From the NCBI GenBank assembly GCA_964188305.1, contig OZ076889.1: a stretch of DNA of 64,000 bases; one strand, given 5' to 3'. Below, piece after piece: positions 48,512 to 61,585 of this stretch. The notes under the pieces were generated by a model. It was not told the DNA's origin. It made no database searches and saw nothing but the letters and a program-made list of their open reading frames with translations. The translations under genes and the position numbers were made by a program. This DNA comes from Podarcis bocagei (Eukaryota). How positions within the stretch are numbered: the first letter of the stretch is position 1; each line of letters begins with the position of its first letter.

Positions 48512-50641
48512 AGGGCAGGTGCAGAATGCACAGCCCATGTTGATCTTGCTGTCGTTTCCGCCAGCTGTAGGAGCAGGTAGAAGGCACCACATCCAGAGGC
48601 ATGGCACATATGGACTGCAGAGACTAATGTGTTGCATGAGCATGTTCAACGCCCCCACCCAAGAAATAAGCACTATCAATATGCCTTGGGTAATATCTCC
48701 ATGATGAGACATTTATTCATAAACAAGCATCTCAGTGCATTTCTGTCATATTCATTTGAGAAGGGGGGGGGGAGGGAGTAAGGCTAAAGGATGAAGTTTG
48801 CTATCCCTGCTATCAAATGGATAAACAGAGATCCAGTCTGGTATGGGAGTAAACAGAGTGTTGGAAGTAGAGTGAAGAGATCTCAATTCAAATTCTCCCG
48901 CAGCCACGAATCTTGCTGGGTGGCCTTACACAAATTACCTACCTCACAAGGTCATTGTGGGGAGTGAAATGTAGTTATCTTTATGTATGCTGCCTTGGAC
49001 ACTATAGAGGAAATAAGGGGGTGGAACAGTGGTGAAGAAATAGGAGCACTGTTTATGCAAATGCTATTCAGACAACAAATGTGTGTAGAATCAACATGGG
49101 GAAAGGGGCACAATAAACTGATATATTATTCCATTTATATTGCCTCCTTCCTCCCAGTGGAGCCCAGGGCAACAAACAAGTGACAAAATAATTTAAACAC
49201 CTTAAAGCAATTCCAATACAGACGCAGACTGGGAAATCTCAGTATTGCAATTTAAAAAGCTTGTTAAAAGAGGAAAGTCTTAGGCACTCAAAGTCAAGAG
49301 ATGGTGCCTGCCTATTATTTAAGAGGAGGAAATTCCAAACTGCAGACGTCACCACACTTAATGCCCAATTCCTGCATTAACCAACCTCTTCAACTTGGGC
49401 ATCGATTGGGTCATGTATGTACATAAGCTCTGTTCAGAGGGCACAAACCACTCATGTCCCCTGCATTGATTCTACATATATTTGTTGCCTGAAAAGAACA
49501 CCGGCCTCAACAATGATGTGAAGCTACTGAAGGGATTGCCATTGGGTCAATGTTAGTATAATAATAAACTGAGGAGGGGGGAAATAGGAAAAAGAGTTTC
49601 TAATGCCTTTAAAGCTGATTGGTTAAAGAAGCAATTAATGACCAAGATATATATGAACTAATCTGATAGGAAATATAATAAATTATTTCCCATCTATCCT
49701 CCAAGCTGAGATCCTAATGTAAATATGTATAATGCTTTGTCAGAAATTGGGGGGCAGGAGTTGGAATCAGATGTGGCTCATTGCAACTTTGATCAGTGAT
49801 AAATGGCTATTTGGTTATAGGAAGGGGTATGCTACTGACCTAAACCATCCATCATTTTCAACACAGAAGTTGTCACCCACGGACTGACATGCAGCATGTT
49901 TGGTGTATGTTTTTCAGTGCACCCATCACAACAGTTCAGTCAGCATTTGTGCTGAAAACGCATGTCTTTCCATCATACTTACTTGATCAATCAAGGAAGC
50001 ATTGCACTAACAAAAGAAATTGTTGTGATAATTTATGGATTGCTGAAACACCAAAGTGTCATTCTACAATGGTACAAAGTTGTCAGAGAAATGAGGAATG
50101 ACCTACACATAAAAAGAGTTTTACCAACAGTTTTGAAAGGGTAATTCACCTTTTCCTCAAACCAGAAATCAGATTCATTGTATCACCTACGCCTGTTGAA
50201 ATTCAGTGTCATTCTAAGCTGTGGTTAATTCTCTCCAAACTCAGGCAATTGCTCAAAACAAAACCTGTAAAATAAAGAAAGATAAAACAAAGAAATAAAT
50301 TCAAGAGCCATACCCCTTATTCTGTATCACAATACATCCCATATTTTCTTCGGCAGCACTACTTATTTTACTATAATTCAGCTCTATGGCTTTTAGTTGC
50401 TCATGTGCTGCCATCTGGGGGTGCTTCAGATAAATGGCTTATAATATTTTATTCTGGGCCACTTGGCTCTCAAAGGAAGCCCAAGCATCTTATTGGTGTA
50501 ATGCGAAATGTGTTAAAGGAAATGGTCATATTGCCCATTCAAACTTGTGTGATGCCACGTGGAATGCTGGGAGTTGATTTTGGAATGCTAGGATGGACAA
50601 TCAATGGTGTTTTTATCTTTTGTTGACATGTTGTCCTGTAG

Positions 50642-50698
50642 GGATTGTCCTATCTTGGGGATGATCCCCTGTTATCTGTACGAACTTCCACCTTCAAG
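50642..50698 (+). CDS. KCND3: Kv4.3 long-isoform cassette exon (GLSYLGDDPLLSVRTSTFK)
   Basis: 57 nt, AG/GT, phase 0-0; homologous to the mammalian 19-aa Kv4.3L insert GLSYLVDDPLLSVRTSTIK. Confidence 0.93.
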
Positions 50699-51951
50699 GT
50701 ATTTCCTTCTTAATTCAATCCATTTGCTGCAGTCTCTGTGCCATGTCTTGAGTGTTGTTTCCTTCCTTGTTGTTGATCCCGTTTTTAGCAGATTGTGCAT
50801 GCTGGTGCTCTTTTGCTCTCTGGTGGCTTCCAGTGTTATTAAGACTGTCAAATGGAAAACAGCTTTATCTGTTTTTTCCCCACCCTTTCTAGCTCAAAAA
50901 AGGAATATGCTAAATATGAATGTTAAGTTATCTGCCCTTTGTGGTTGTGGGAGTTGTGTATGTTCTGAGGTCTTATCCTTTCTCGCTCCTGTGTTAAGTA
51001 CAAGACACCACTCATCTCTCCCCTGTTTTGTGCAATGTATTTTTCCCTGATCTGGCTAAAATTGCTATTCTAGGTTACACAACATTACATTTCTAGAGTA
51101 TTCTTTATATGCATACATATGGGAGTAGCGTGGAAACTGCTGTCAAAACATTCAAAAGCCTGGTGCCTCGTGGGTGCTGCCAATCACTGTCCCACAGGAT
51201 TATCTCCTTTGATCTTGGCCAGGTGTCAAGTACGTGGGAAGACCTGCTGGCATGACCCTACCCATATACTAACAGGCTTTTAAAGATTATGATAGTCCCA
51301 CAGAATAAAGTTGCAGGTAAAAAGGTCCTGTGACATATGAAGGGCACCTCTTTCCTGGAATTGGAGTCCTAGGTGGAAGCTTTCTCACAAGTTGTCTTCC
51401 TACCTGAAAGCACAGAATGACAGCTCTGTGCAATTCAGCTGGGTTGATTATAAAATATCAGCATCACCTTTCCCCTAACCATGTCGTTCTCCCTTCCATT
51501 TGCCATCCTAACCGCTTTGCTTAGGTCTATCTCTGCTTCATAATGTTAAATCAGGAAGGTCATGATAAAATCAAGATACTTATGCTCCTGCCAGACAGCT
51601 AACACGTCTTTGTCCTTCTGTGGTAAACTACAAGCAGAATTGCACATGGCTTTCTGCACTACTGGGATTGTTGAGCTCCTTCAATGTGTACATCCTATGT
51701 TCCTTCTACACCAGTGGACATGGCATAGCTGCTGTGGGTAAGGCCATTTGAAGCTCAGCACACATTTGGTATAACTTTGTGGTGGGTATTATTTTATGAC
51801 TCTTATTGATTGGTTTATTATGCATATTAAAATTACCAGTAAAACGTTTTTCCAATGGGTTTTTTTTTCATGAGAGATATAGCAGTATAACCACCATGAT
51901 GTAAAATTTTGTATAATGGTGGAGTCCCTAAGATGGTCGGATGTCATATGA

Positions 51952-52267
51952 CAGGCATGACCAACAGGTAGATCGTGATCTACTGGTAGATTGTGGGGTG
52001 TTCCTGGTAGATCCTGGTTGATCTCTGGCCTCTCAGCGATCTCCCTACAAAAAAGCAAAAAAAAAGCAACCCAACTTTGGCTTACTCAAAAAAGCTCCAC
52101 AACTTTGGCTTCCTAAAAGAAAGCTCCACAACTTTGGGTAGATCACTGCCAGTCTTTTTATGACAATGGGTAGATCACTGCCAGTCTTTTTATGACAATG
52201 GGTAGATCACTGCCAGTTTTTTTATACTGTGAGTAGATCGCAGTCTACTGGGAGTTGGACGTCCCTG
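51952..52267. mobile_element. hAT-type non-autonomous element with internal 32-bp tandem repeats
   Basis: CAGG...CCTG ends; TSD TCATATGA/TCATATGG; TGGGTAGATCACTGCCAGT units at 52135, 52167 and 52199. Confidence 0.75.
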
Positions 52268-54500
52268 TCATATGGTAACCTCCTTCCAGCAACTCCTGCA
52301 GTCTAGCTGGTGCCAAATGTATTGCTCTGCTTTCCTTTGGACATCTGAGGGGCCAAGGAGGGGGTCTTGTTCTCTGGGCAACACTGGATATCCATGCACA
52401 CTGCCCAGGCTTGCGCCTCAAGGAGTTGACTTTGGTTCTGCTAACACAGCAAGAACAACATGGAAGGAAGCAGTGGCAAGTTACTGGTCTCTGCAGCCAC
52501 AGCAGGCACTGTGATTCTCCAGCAGTTTGACTTCACCCCGAGGTGCACCCCATTGTATCTCAAGACAGATGGATGCCAACAATAACGATGCTGCAGGACC
52601 ATAATACTTTATGAAAAGAATGCAGATTTTAGGGAAATGATTTTTTCAAAAAAGCTTTTACCCTCTGCCATGACTAAGGGTTGTAACCACAACATTATAG
52701 CATTATGGGGTGGGGTTTTTTTTAACAAGAAAAAACACACTACAGTCAGAAAAGTGTTTTCGTGATATTTAAATGATTGGTTTCAGAAACAAAAATTATG
52801 CCCGCGTCATAAAATGCACCCATCACAAATGCTATAAGTGCTGAGCTGTGATTAAGTTCACTTTCCTGATATCTCGCTGCCTACGTAAAAACCACGCCTG
52901 TTGAAAAATATGGGACATTAGGCAGCTATGCCCATGGAGGTTGTGTTCTGAATAAAGATGGACTTTCTTCAGTCTGAGAAAGATGGACGAACCACAGGGA
53001 AATTTATGATAAAAATAATTGGATAATGGTATTGTGTGGATTCCCCTAAAAAGTGAGTGAGTGAAGCATGACAATTCTGCACTAAATGCCTATGGTTGTA
53101 TCCAGTGTTCATAATGCTCAGAGTATACCTATTGAAATGAATGGACATGACTGAGGTCCACCAATTTCAAGGGATCTACTCTAAGTAAAAAATAATTGTC
53201 TATAGCGTCTAAAGTTGGGGTATGTCTGCATCAGCGCTGCTTGTTGCATTGCTTTTCATTTCAATTTACTGCTGGGGGTACAACCTGCACAGCTTTCCTT
53301 TTCTTCAAGCTCAAAAAAATAAATAAATTCATGCAAAGGAGGTGGTTGGCATATGATACACATTTGCCAGTTTGTATTCCACTTCTTGGCCTTCTTGCTA
53401 GTCTTTGTCTTGCCCTTTATCGCTTACTAGTCTCTTTTCTATAATGGTAAAATTGCACCATATGCCAGCATTCCTCTCTACCTTATTTAATTTCATCTGC
53501 GAACTTCTTTTAGTAGAACCTAAACCTGAGTGCTTTGCAATCCTCACTTGAGATTCCTCCTCCCCTATTTGGGACAAATTGCATCAAATTTAGAGATGTG
53601 CATAAAGGCGAAAAAGTGCTGATTCTATGTTTATTCACATTTTAATAAACAATTCTCTGAAGAGTAAGTCCTTCTGTAGGAGGGGGGCACTCAAAGATTA
53701 TCTCCCAAACCCATAAATGACAGAAACGAAATGAAGCGAATGAAATGTGACAAGAGTTTTGGTCTGGGGAAATGAGTGTAGTCCCACAAGTAATCTTCAA
53801 ACATTTTCCACACATATGTGCTTCCTCTTCTCTCAGACTTGAAAAAAGTTAGACACAACTCCACCCTACAGCTCCAGAAACAAGATTAATTGCGGGTGTG
53901 TGTGTGTGTGTGTGTGTGTGGAAATAGCAATGCATCTTGGGTAATTGGATGCATTTTCACAAAAACTTGCTAATTTCTCGTCCAACAAGGTAAGAGACCT
54001 TTCTTCAAATTTATCATGGAAAGATTTATCATGGAACTTTTCACATGAAGTACTCTTAATTATTTTGGGTTGTATCCAAATTCTGGTCCTATTCAGAGCA
54101 GACCCAATGAGATTAATGGACTAACTTAGTTGGGTACAAGCTTTATATTAAAATGCATAAGTGTCTTCCACCTTCAGCTGCAATGGCGGCACTTCCTGTC
54201 AATGCCTGAGAAGGAACCTGAGCAGAAAATATATATATATGTTGGCTGTAGATATGGATGGATACAGCTAGAGCACATTTCCATCTGGAAGTGTCCTTTT
54301 CAACAGGAAGTGCCACCAGCACCAGCTGAAGAGCCTATTAGCTTCTCGAAAGAGAGTTATGTCATGGTTCCCAAAAGCACGACCAAACAGAATATGCAAA
54401 GGTCCTTGTTTGAAAGTTTAGTCGCCCTCCGGGTGGCGGCGGCGATTGTTTAAAGTCATCTTGGGAAGTTCCTGACATTTGCTGATGTTCTCCCTGACAG

Positions 54501-54748
54501 AACCATGAGTTCATTGATGAGCAGATGTTTGAGCAGAACTGTCTGGAGAGCTCGATGCAGAACTACCCGTCCAGCCGCAGCCCCTCCCTTTCGAGCCACC
54601 AAGGACTGAGCACCTCCTGCTGTTCCCGCCGCAGCAAGAAGACAACCCACCTCCCTAATTCCAGTGTGCCAGCGACCCGGCTGCGGAGCATGCAAGAGCT
54701 CAGCACCATACACATCCAGTGCAGTGAGCAGCCCTCACTTACAACAAG
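54501..54748 (+). CDS. KCND3: Kv4.3 penultimate coding exon ([14 protein letters not shown]...[23 protein letters not shown])
   Basis: 248 nt; CAG acceptor and AG|GTACGG donor; strong similarity to Kv4.3. Confidence 0.96.
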
Positions 54749-57700
54749 GTACGGTAGCAGGAACCCCTTGGTCTAGGAAAGAGGGTTTTAGCAGACATGT
54801 CTGTGAGCCCAAGCAGGGGCAAGTTCATTCAGGCAGTGTGTTGAGCTGGCGTCCGGGATGCTTTTCCCATGCCACAAGTCCAGCGTAGCAGAGCTGAAAT
54901 AAAATTTAGTGCAAATTGGAAGACATTTTTAGTATCGTCCATGAGGATTTGCATTGTGCATTTTCACATTCTGCTGGTGGGGAGGTTACAGATACAGAAA
55001 ATTAGTGTTTGGCACCTCCCTGTGGGGAGGTAGATGTCTCTACTCTCAGCATCACTGTATCATGGCAGTTGCTAGGAAGCAGATGGCTGGTAATGCTAGG
55101 ATTAAGAATCTACAAATAACCATTTCCCCTAAGCAGTTTCAGGCACCATATAGTAAGCTTTTAAGTGGCTAGCATGTGACACCCAGGCATCTGAATCTAC
55201 CTTTCTTTGGTGATTTCCGCCATGGACATTCGTAAGGCCCATTCAACATGGCGAAACATCGCAATTTTCTGCCTCCTGGAAAACGTTCAGAAAGTGAGTC
55301 AGATGTGGAGAGTTGCCGTCTGGAATCATATTAAGCATTGCAAGACTATTAAAAATACCAACAATTCACTGTGAAATAAACTCTTACATAGGCCAGCATG
55401 TTGTTGTGTGAATCAGCCTACAGTCAGGGCAGCTTATGTCAAAAGCAAATGAGATCTAGTATAGTGTTTAAGGAGAAAGCAGTCAAGCCTACACTGCTGG
55501 AAGAGAAAGATAATTTTAACATACACTTGCCATTGCTGCATAATAAGCAGAAATGAACAGCTGCAGATCTTATTGCCAGGGAGATGCTGTTCTGGTGGGG
55601 AAATGATACCTGCTAATATTTTCCTGTTATGCAACTATTAAATGAAATGAGGACGGTATATGGGTTAGGGAACTGTTCATATAGGAATAATCTGAAATAT
55701 ATATTGGTTTGATTGTAGATCATATGGTTGTGTTCAGCAGGAAATAGGTGATAACTGATAACTGAAATTTCTTAATTCTTAAAAATTGAAGTGGCAAAAG
55801 AAAGTGCAGCAGTGTTGTAAGTGGGTCAATTTCTTCACCCCATGCTTAATTTGTGTATCTGCTTCAGGCTAAGGACATATAGGATAATACCAAACCATTC
55901 TTTGCACTTTTTTAATGTGGCTCATACTATTTTCTAAGCTTATTCTGCCATCTGAATCCTCCCCAACCCAACACTGACACCTGCACAGCACACAGATCCC
56001 CCTGTTGGGGGATATAAAATTAATAATTCTGCGGCCCCTCCTAAAACCACATACAAGTAGTGATGCTACCAGAACGTAAAATCAATCAGATCTCAAGTCA
56101 GATTTTACTATGCTTATGATTTTCAAATGGATAATGAGCCCTGACTTCAATCCAAAAAACTGTTTTCATCATTCAAATGAGAATGATTGCAATTTCTACA
56201 CCTGTGCAAGAGAGCATTCTTAGAATTTTTGCTGCAATATGAGGTGACCTGCCAGACCCTTTTCTGAACAAGACCAGAAATGTCCCTGAAAGTGCAATCA
56301 CATGGCAATGTTTCCAGGATCTGTATGGAAAGGAGGAGGAGATGGCTGTCCCATGTCATGATGTGGGGCAGCCATCTTTATGGCTCACAGACTATCTTGT
56401 ATTATGCAAGTTTACATTTGAAATTACTTTGAAATCTTATAACAGAGAGAACTCTGAATTGCTGATGTTAGGTTCATAACACAGTGAGCAAATCGGGAGT
56501 TGTCTGCAATATTTCTATCTCACCTTTCTGCCTGGAAACTGGCCTGCAAGGCAGCTGACACTGTAAAAGCCCACACCTAGTAACACAATAATAAAATTAT
56601 TTTAAAGACAGTAATAACCTTATTTTATGAAGACTCTGGGAGGAACCTGTCCTGCCTCCAGCCATCCCCTCCAAGAGCAGGCTCCTTTGGTCTCGGCAGC
56701 TGCCCTTGCACATTCAACACAGCGCAACATTAGCTGAATGCAAATGTGCAGAGTAGGAATTTATCCCAGGTTGGCTCCGGATTATTCTTTATCTTTTATC
56801 TGCTCCATCAGGGCAATGGTAGTTAGCATTCACTGGTGATGGGAAGTTAGGTAATAGGTTCCTGGCCACAACATGCAAATCAGAGTGGGGAAAGAGGTGA
56901 GAGGGCAATCGCTGGAGAGCACCTAGAGGCACTGAGATGGGGGAGACAGTGGTGTAAGAAGGGGGAGTGCAGTGGGTGCTGGCCACCCCCAGTGCCATCA
57001 CTGAGGAGGGGTGACAAAATAGCAAAAATATGTGTTTTAGTAAAAATAACTCTTGCACCCACTGCACGCCCCTTCCTACGTCACTGCAGGAGCACTCTGC
57101 CCTCGAGTGACTTCCAGAAACCAGAAGCATTGCTGTCTCTAACTTTGCAGGCAGAGCACAGCCTTTATGGCTAGCAGCCTTCGACAGCCCTCTCCCCCAT
57201 GAATCTGCCTAATCCAGATGTGTAGCTAGGTGAGGCCGGGGGGGGGGCCACCGGGCATCACACCTTTTCTTTTCTGCAGCTTGTTTGCATTATGCAGCCA
57301 GAACTTTGGGGCTCAGGGGAGCAGCAGTAGATATCCCTCCTCAACACAGCTAGAAGTCTGACCAGAAAGAGTCAGATGCAGACAAGGAGATGGGGTCTTG
57401 CTCCCCCATAAATGGAGGGAGGCAAAAGCTTGTTGCCTGCACCCAAAAGTTCCGTATTTTGGGAAGATTGCCTCCGTAAAATAAAGAAAGCTGCAGCCTC
57501 AGTTCAACCTAATGATGTGTGCCTTATTTTGGGTGTGGGTACAACTGGCAACCGTCAAGAGCACTGAACCATTGTAAGGTTCCTACTGATATACCTAGAA
57601 TGACTGAGGTTTCAGAAGATCCTCTTTATAAGTCACTCTAAGATTACAGCCAGGGTTTCATACTGAAAGAGTTTTTTGTCTTTGTATTGAAATCCAGATA

Positions 57701-58527
57701 GGCAGTTGGCTAGAGAGCAACCCTATCATTTCCACTCCATAATTAATCATAGGATGCAACCAGTGCAGCTCTTAATAGGAATGTTTCTAGCTGCCAAGCC
57801 CTTAGGACTTCTGCAGAGTGATATTTGAGCCGGGCAAGGAGTAAAGAGACAGAATGGCAGCCAAGTAATCTAGGATGACCTGTAAGGGTAGACATGCTGC
57901 AGAAACAAAAGCAGGATTAACCATTAATTGGGCAGAATATTCAACAGCTAGACCCAACAAGATAGGATTCCATGTTGACGTTAATCAGTGTGAAGAATGA
58001 ATCTGTGTTGTTCCCTATTTAGGTTGCTTTTAGATCAGCTATGGGCAATATATGTGTTTTTCTTGGCTAGTCCTCAATTACAGGTTGGAGGAGGTCGCAG
58101 TCTCCCATTTTTACTGTCCAGGTATTTTGGGTGGCAAGGGTTTTGAGCAGAAACTCATTGGGGGCAGCTTGTCCCAAGATGCATTGATGGGGCAGGCTGC
58201 ACCACAGCCTCCAGGCTAAAACCAAAGAACAGAAAGGAGGACCCCAAATGCTGGCTTTTGGAATTTAGACCTGTCTTGCTGAATGCATCCATGCCTTTAC
58301 AGTACTGCCAATTTATCAAGAAATCTCCCATGTCCCCAACTGGGCTTGAAGAGGTTCTAGCTGCACAGAGTCCTTTGTGGCCCACCACCTAGTTTTAGCC
58401 TAGTCTTTACAACCTCTGACAAAGACAATATTGCACGAGGATATCCAACACTTGCGACAAACAACTTGCAACTTCTGCTCCTTTTAATCCTCCCCACCCC
58501 ACCCCCCGGCTGTCTTTTGTCTTTTAG

Positions 58528-58729
58528 TCGATCCAGCCTAAATATGAAATCAGACGATGGGCTGAGACCGAACTGCAAAGCCTCCCAAATAACCACAGCA
58601 ATCATCAGCATCCCGACGCCTCCAGCACTGACCCCAGAAGGCGAAAGCAGGCCTGCCCCATCCAGCCCCGGCCACTCAACGAACATTACCGCTATGAGCA
58701 GCAACATTGTCAAGGTGTCGGCTTTGTAA
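58528..58729 (+). CDS. KCND3: Kv4.3 terminal coding exon ([17 protein letters not shown]...NIVKVSAL*)
   Basis: TTTTAG acceptor, phase matches the previous exon (AG+T = Ser); ends in the Kv4 PDZ-binding motif VSAL and TAA. Confidence 0.96.
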
Positions 58730-60960
58730 GGCTGTGTCAGTCAAAGGAGGCTGATTGGAAGGCCGGCGTTTCTCTCCCTTTCCCCACCTCCATGTTCCTC
58801 CTTTGCTGCAAATTGTGCCTAGATGAGTGGCTGGGTGGACAGCTAGACCAACCTGACCGGCATCTAAGAATTAACTGCGGGAGCCTCGCAAGGCAGCTTC
58901 CTTCAAACTCACGTTCATGCTGCAGAGTGAGCTCAGAAGAACTGGGAAGCTAGAAGGGGCTGGTTGGAAGGAGCTCTCTTTTGTCTGTCAACAAGAAGAA
59001 ATGTTCCCGGATGTGGGGCATAGAAGAGTTTCCAGAAAGTGGAAGAGACGTCCTGTCATAGCTACGAGAAAGTCAATAAAGAAGCAGAATTATAACACTG
59101 TGTATCTCAGCACCTTTTCAATGGTTTTTAATGGATAATATTTATTCATGAGGATATGACTGAAAAAGGTGATTAGAAAAAAAACGGATTTTGTGATTAT
59201 TATTATTATTATTATTTCCTTCATGCAGCAGGATCTTTTAATCAACCAAAAGTACACATTTGCTTTCTTTTATAGCTGAAGGTTTTAGGCAAAAAAAAAG
59301 CCACCTTGTCACGAGAATTTGATTTTCATTCTTTTGTGAGTGCGTGTGTGGGTGAGAGCAAGCAAGAGGATTCGTGAAACTTGGCACACTCCGACTACAA
59401 AAGATCTGAGCACACTTTCCGGTTTCTGGGCTCAACCCTGCAAAGACGTACCATCTGCATGGTCCACGACAAGCTTTAAGTAGTGCCTGTAGAGCCAGGG
59501 GTTCTACTCACTGTGTACCCTTTTCTTGCATGAGTGTGTCTTTGCAGGCTTCAGCCTTTAGTGCGCAGTAGCAAAAATAGAGACCTGCATGCAGTCACAC
59601 ACACACAAGCACCAATAAAACTCTCATTGTGGATGGCATTCTTTCTTAAGACAGGGTTTTGTTTTTTCTGTAATTGCCTTTTAATTCAACACAAATTGCA
59701 GTTGCAAACAGTGTATTTGTCTGCTAATTATTGTATGTGCTGGGGGGGGGGATATTTGTTGGGGGAAAGACAGGCATTTGTAGTCCACCACAATTTTCTG
59801 CTTTTAAAAAAATTATTTTGTTATCACTGGCTTGTAAAGAGTGTGACTAGAATAACCAGTTCTGTATTTTTTAAAAAGTCTAAAGAAGTAAGCCTAGGGG
59901 GGATTTTATTTTTTAATCTTGTACACACGAGTTTCAAAGAGGGCAAAATCAGTCAAAGCAACTGCGCCAGATGTTCAGAAATACTCTGTAATCTATGCCC
60001 ATGCTTTCTTTCTTTTTTCTGTTTTATATGTGTTTATTTAATAGTATTGGAAGTGTCTCCCATTGTATATAGTAGCCAGATAGTCAGTGGAAACTGTCCT
60101 TGGTAGGATTACTTCAGGAGCCAACTGTTTTGCATGGACTGATAGTGTGTTTCATTTTGTAATACAGTCCTGTGGCTCTTAGTGACAGTCTCTGGGTTGC
60201 ATCAGTTTGATGGATAAAGCAATTTAACAATATTTGACTTTCCCTTGTTAAAGCATCATTTCCTGCCAAAGAGGAGGATCGCTTCTAGATTGTTGGGATC
60301 TACTTTATATTAGAGTACCATTTCTAAGCAATTTATAAAACACTGTTAATAGATGGTTAAATATGTTTCAAAAATAGTTCACCAATTGTTAAAATATTGT
60401 TATACTGTTTAGAAAGTGTAGGACTGTGAGTCATAACCAGCTATAAGGTTTTATACCGATGTTCTCATAATGTACCTCCCCTGGGTGCAAACCTGTGGGA
60501 CTTCTATCCATGTCAACAAGGCTTACAATAATACAGAGCTCTGTGGATTGTGTTCTTTCGTCACAAATTTTACACGATTTATTAACCTTTTCGGACTCAT
60601 TTAACGTTTCATTTTTTTCCAAATGTATTTTAGGTTCTGTATCCCATAATGTCTTTTGCAGCTTTGCAGCTTTCATTTTTGGCAAACCATCACAAAATGT
60701 GGCCCAGAATGTTTTTGATTCTGAAATTGTGTTGCTGTGAAAACATGGAGGTTTTGCAAACCCAACATCATGCTCAGAAAAAAATATAATAAGCAGCTCC
60801 AATGGGGGGGGAGGGAATCGTCTTTACTTTCAGACTTCTATTCTGATTTGCTTTTCGGCATCTAAATTAAAAGCATTGAGCAAATAGTGCTTGGAAGCCA
60901 CAAAAAGGAATAAAAACAGCTAGTTCTAATGAAATGTACCTTTCAGCCAAATAAAATTAA
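58730..60960 (+). other. KCND3: KCND3 3' UTR (extent uncertain); candidate AATAAA signals near 59614, 60909 and 60949
   Basis: Repeat-poor, AU-rich region after the stop codon with several AATAAA hexamers. Confidence 0.55.
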
Positions 60961-61297
60961 AACTTAATGTAACGTATGATCACCTACTAACAACAAACTT
61001 GTTTCTTAGTTTATTTCTTTTTTTCTCAGATACCTTATAGTGCTATGTTTTTGTTTATTCCAAAACCCCTTCCATCTTCAGATTTCAAACAAGGAATTTT
61101 GGTGCATTGTCCACAGAATCCCTTGCAAGCTCAATCCTGGAAGACAACAGGTGATGCTAGGTAACAACCAAGCCAGTTAGGTCTACATTGTCCTGCACAT
61201 ACTGAACGTCCACCTTAAAATATTCAACTGTGTCACTGTGTTGTAAGGAAAAAATGGCAATGGTGGACATGTGAACTTGTCCATCATGAAACAGATT

Positions 61298-61585
61298 CAG
61301 GTGGATAGCGGTGTTGATCTGTCATAGTCATAATAAATAACAAGATGAAAGATGAAAAAATCTTTTTTTAAAATAATTCCAGTGGCACCTTAAAGATCAA
61401 CTTCCCTGTGGGACCAACTGTTATAACAGTCATCAACAGTTATAAGGTTGAAGCAACCTCTGCTTCAGAGTATCTGACGAAGTGTGTATTACACACGAAA
61501 GCTCATACATTGAAAGCTTATATTTAGTTGATGTGCCACTGGAATTATTAAAAAATATTTTTTCATCTTTCATCTTATTTATTAT
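61298..61585. mobile_element. non-autonomous Penelope-like (Neptune-type) remnant with inverted termini
   Basis: Inverted repeat ~61330-61388 versus ~61533-61585 enclosing a hammerhead motif. Confidence 0.65.
61470..61508 (+). ncRNA. minimal type I hammerhead ribozyme motif
   Basis: GUAU-CUGACGA-A-GUGUGU-auu-ACACAC-GAAA-GCUC-AUAC: stem I GUAU/AUAC, 6-bp stem II, palindromic AGCU, predicted CUC cleavage after 61504. Confidence 0.75.

Noticed and set aside
52135-52230. 32-bp repeats resembling a CRISPR array
   Set aside because: Tandem units with no unique spacers, inside a hAT element in eukaryotic DNA.
59534-60106. 190-aa ORF after the KCND3 stop
   Set aside because: AU-rich 3' UTR with no recognisable domain.
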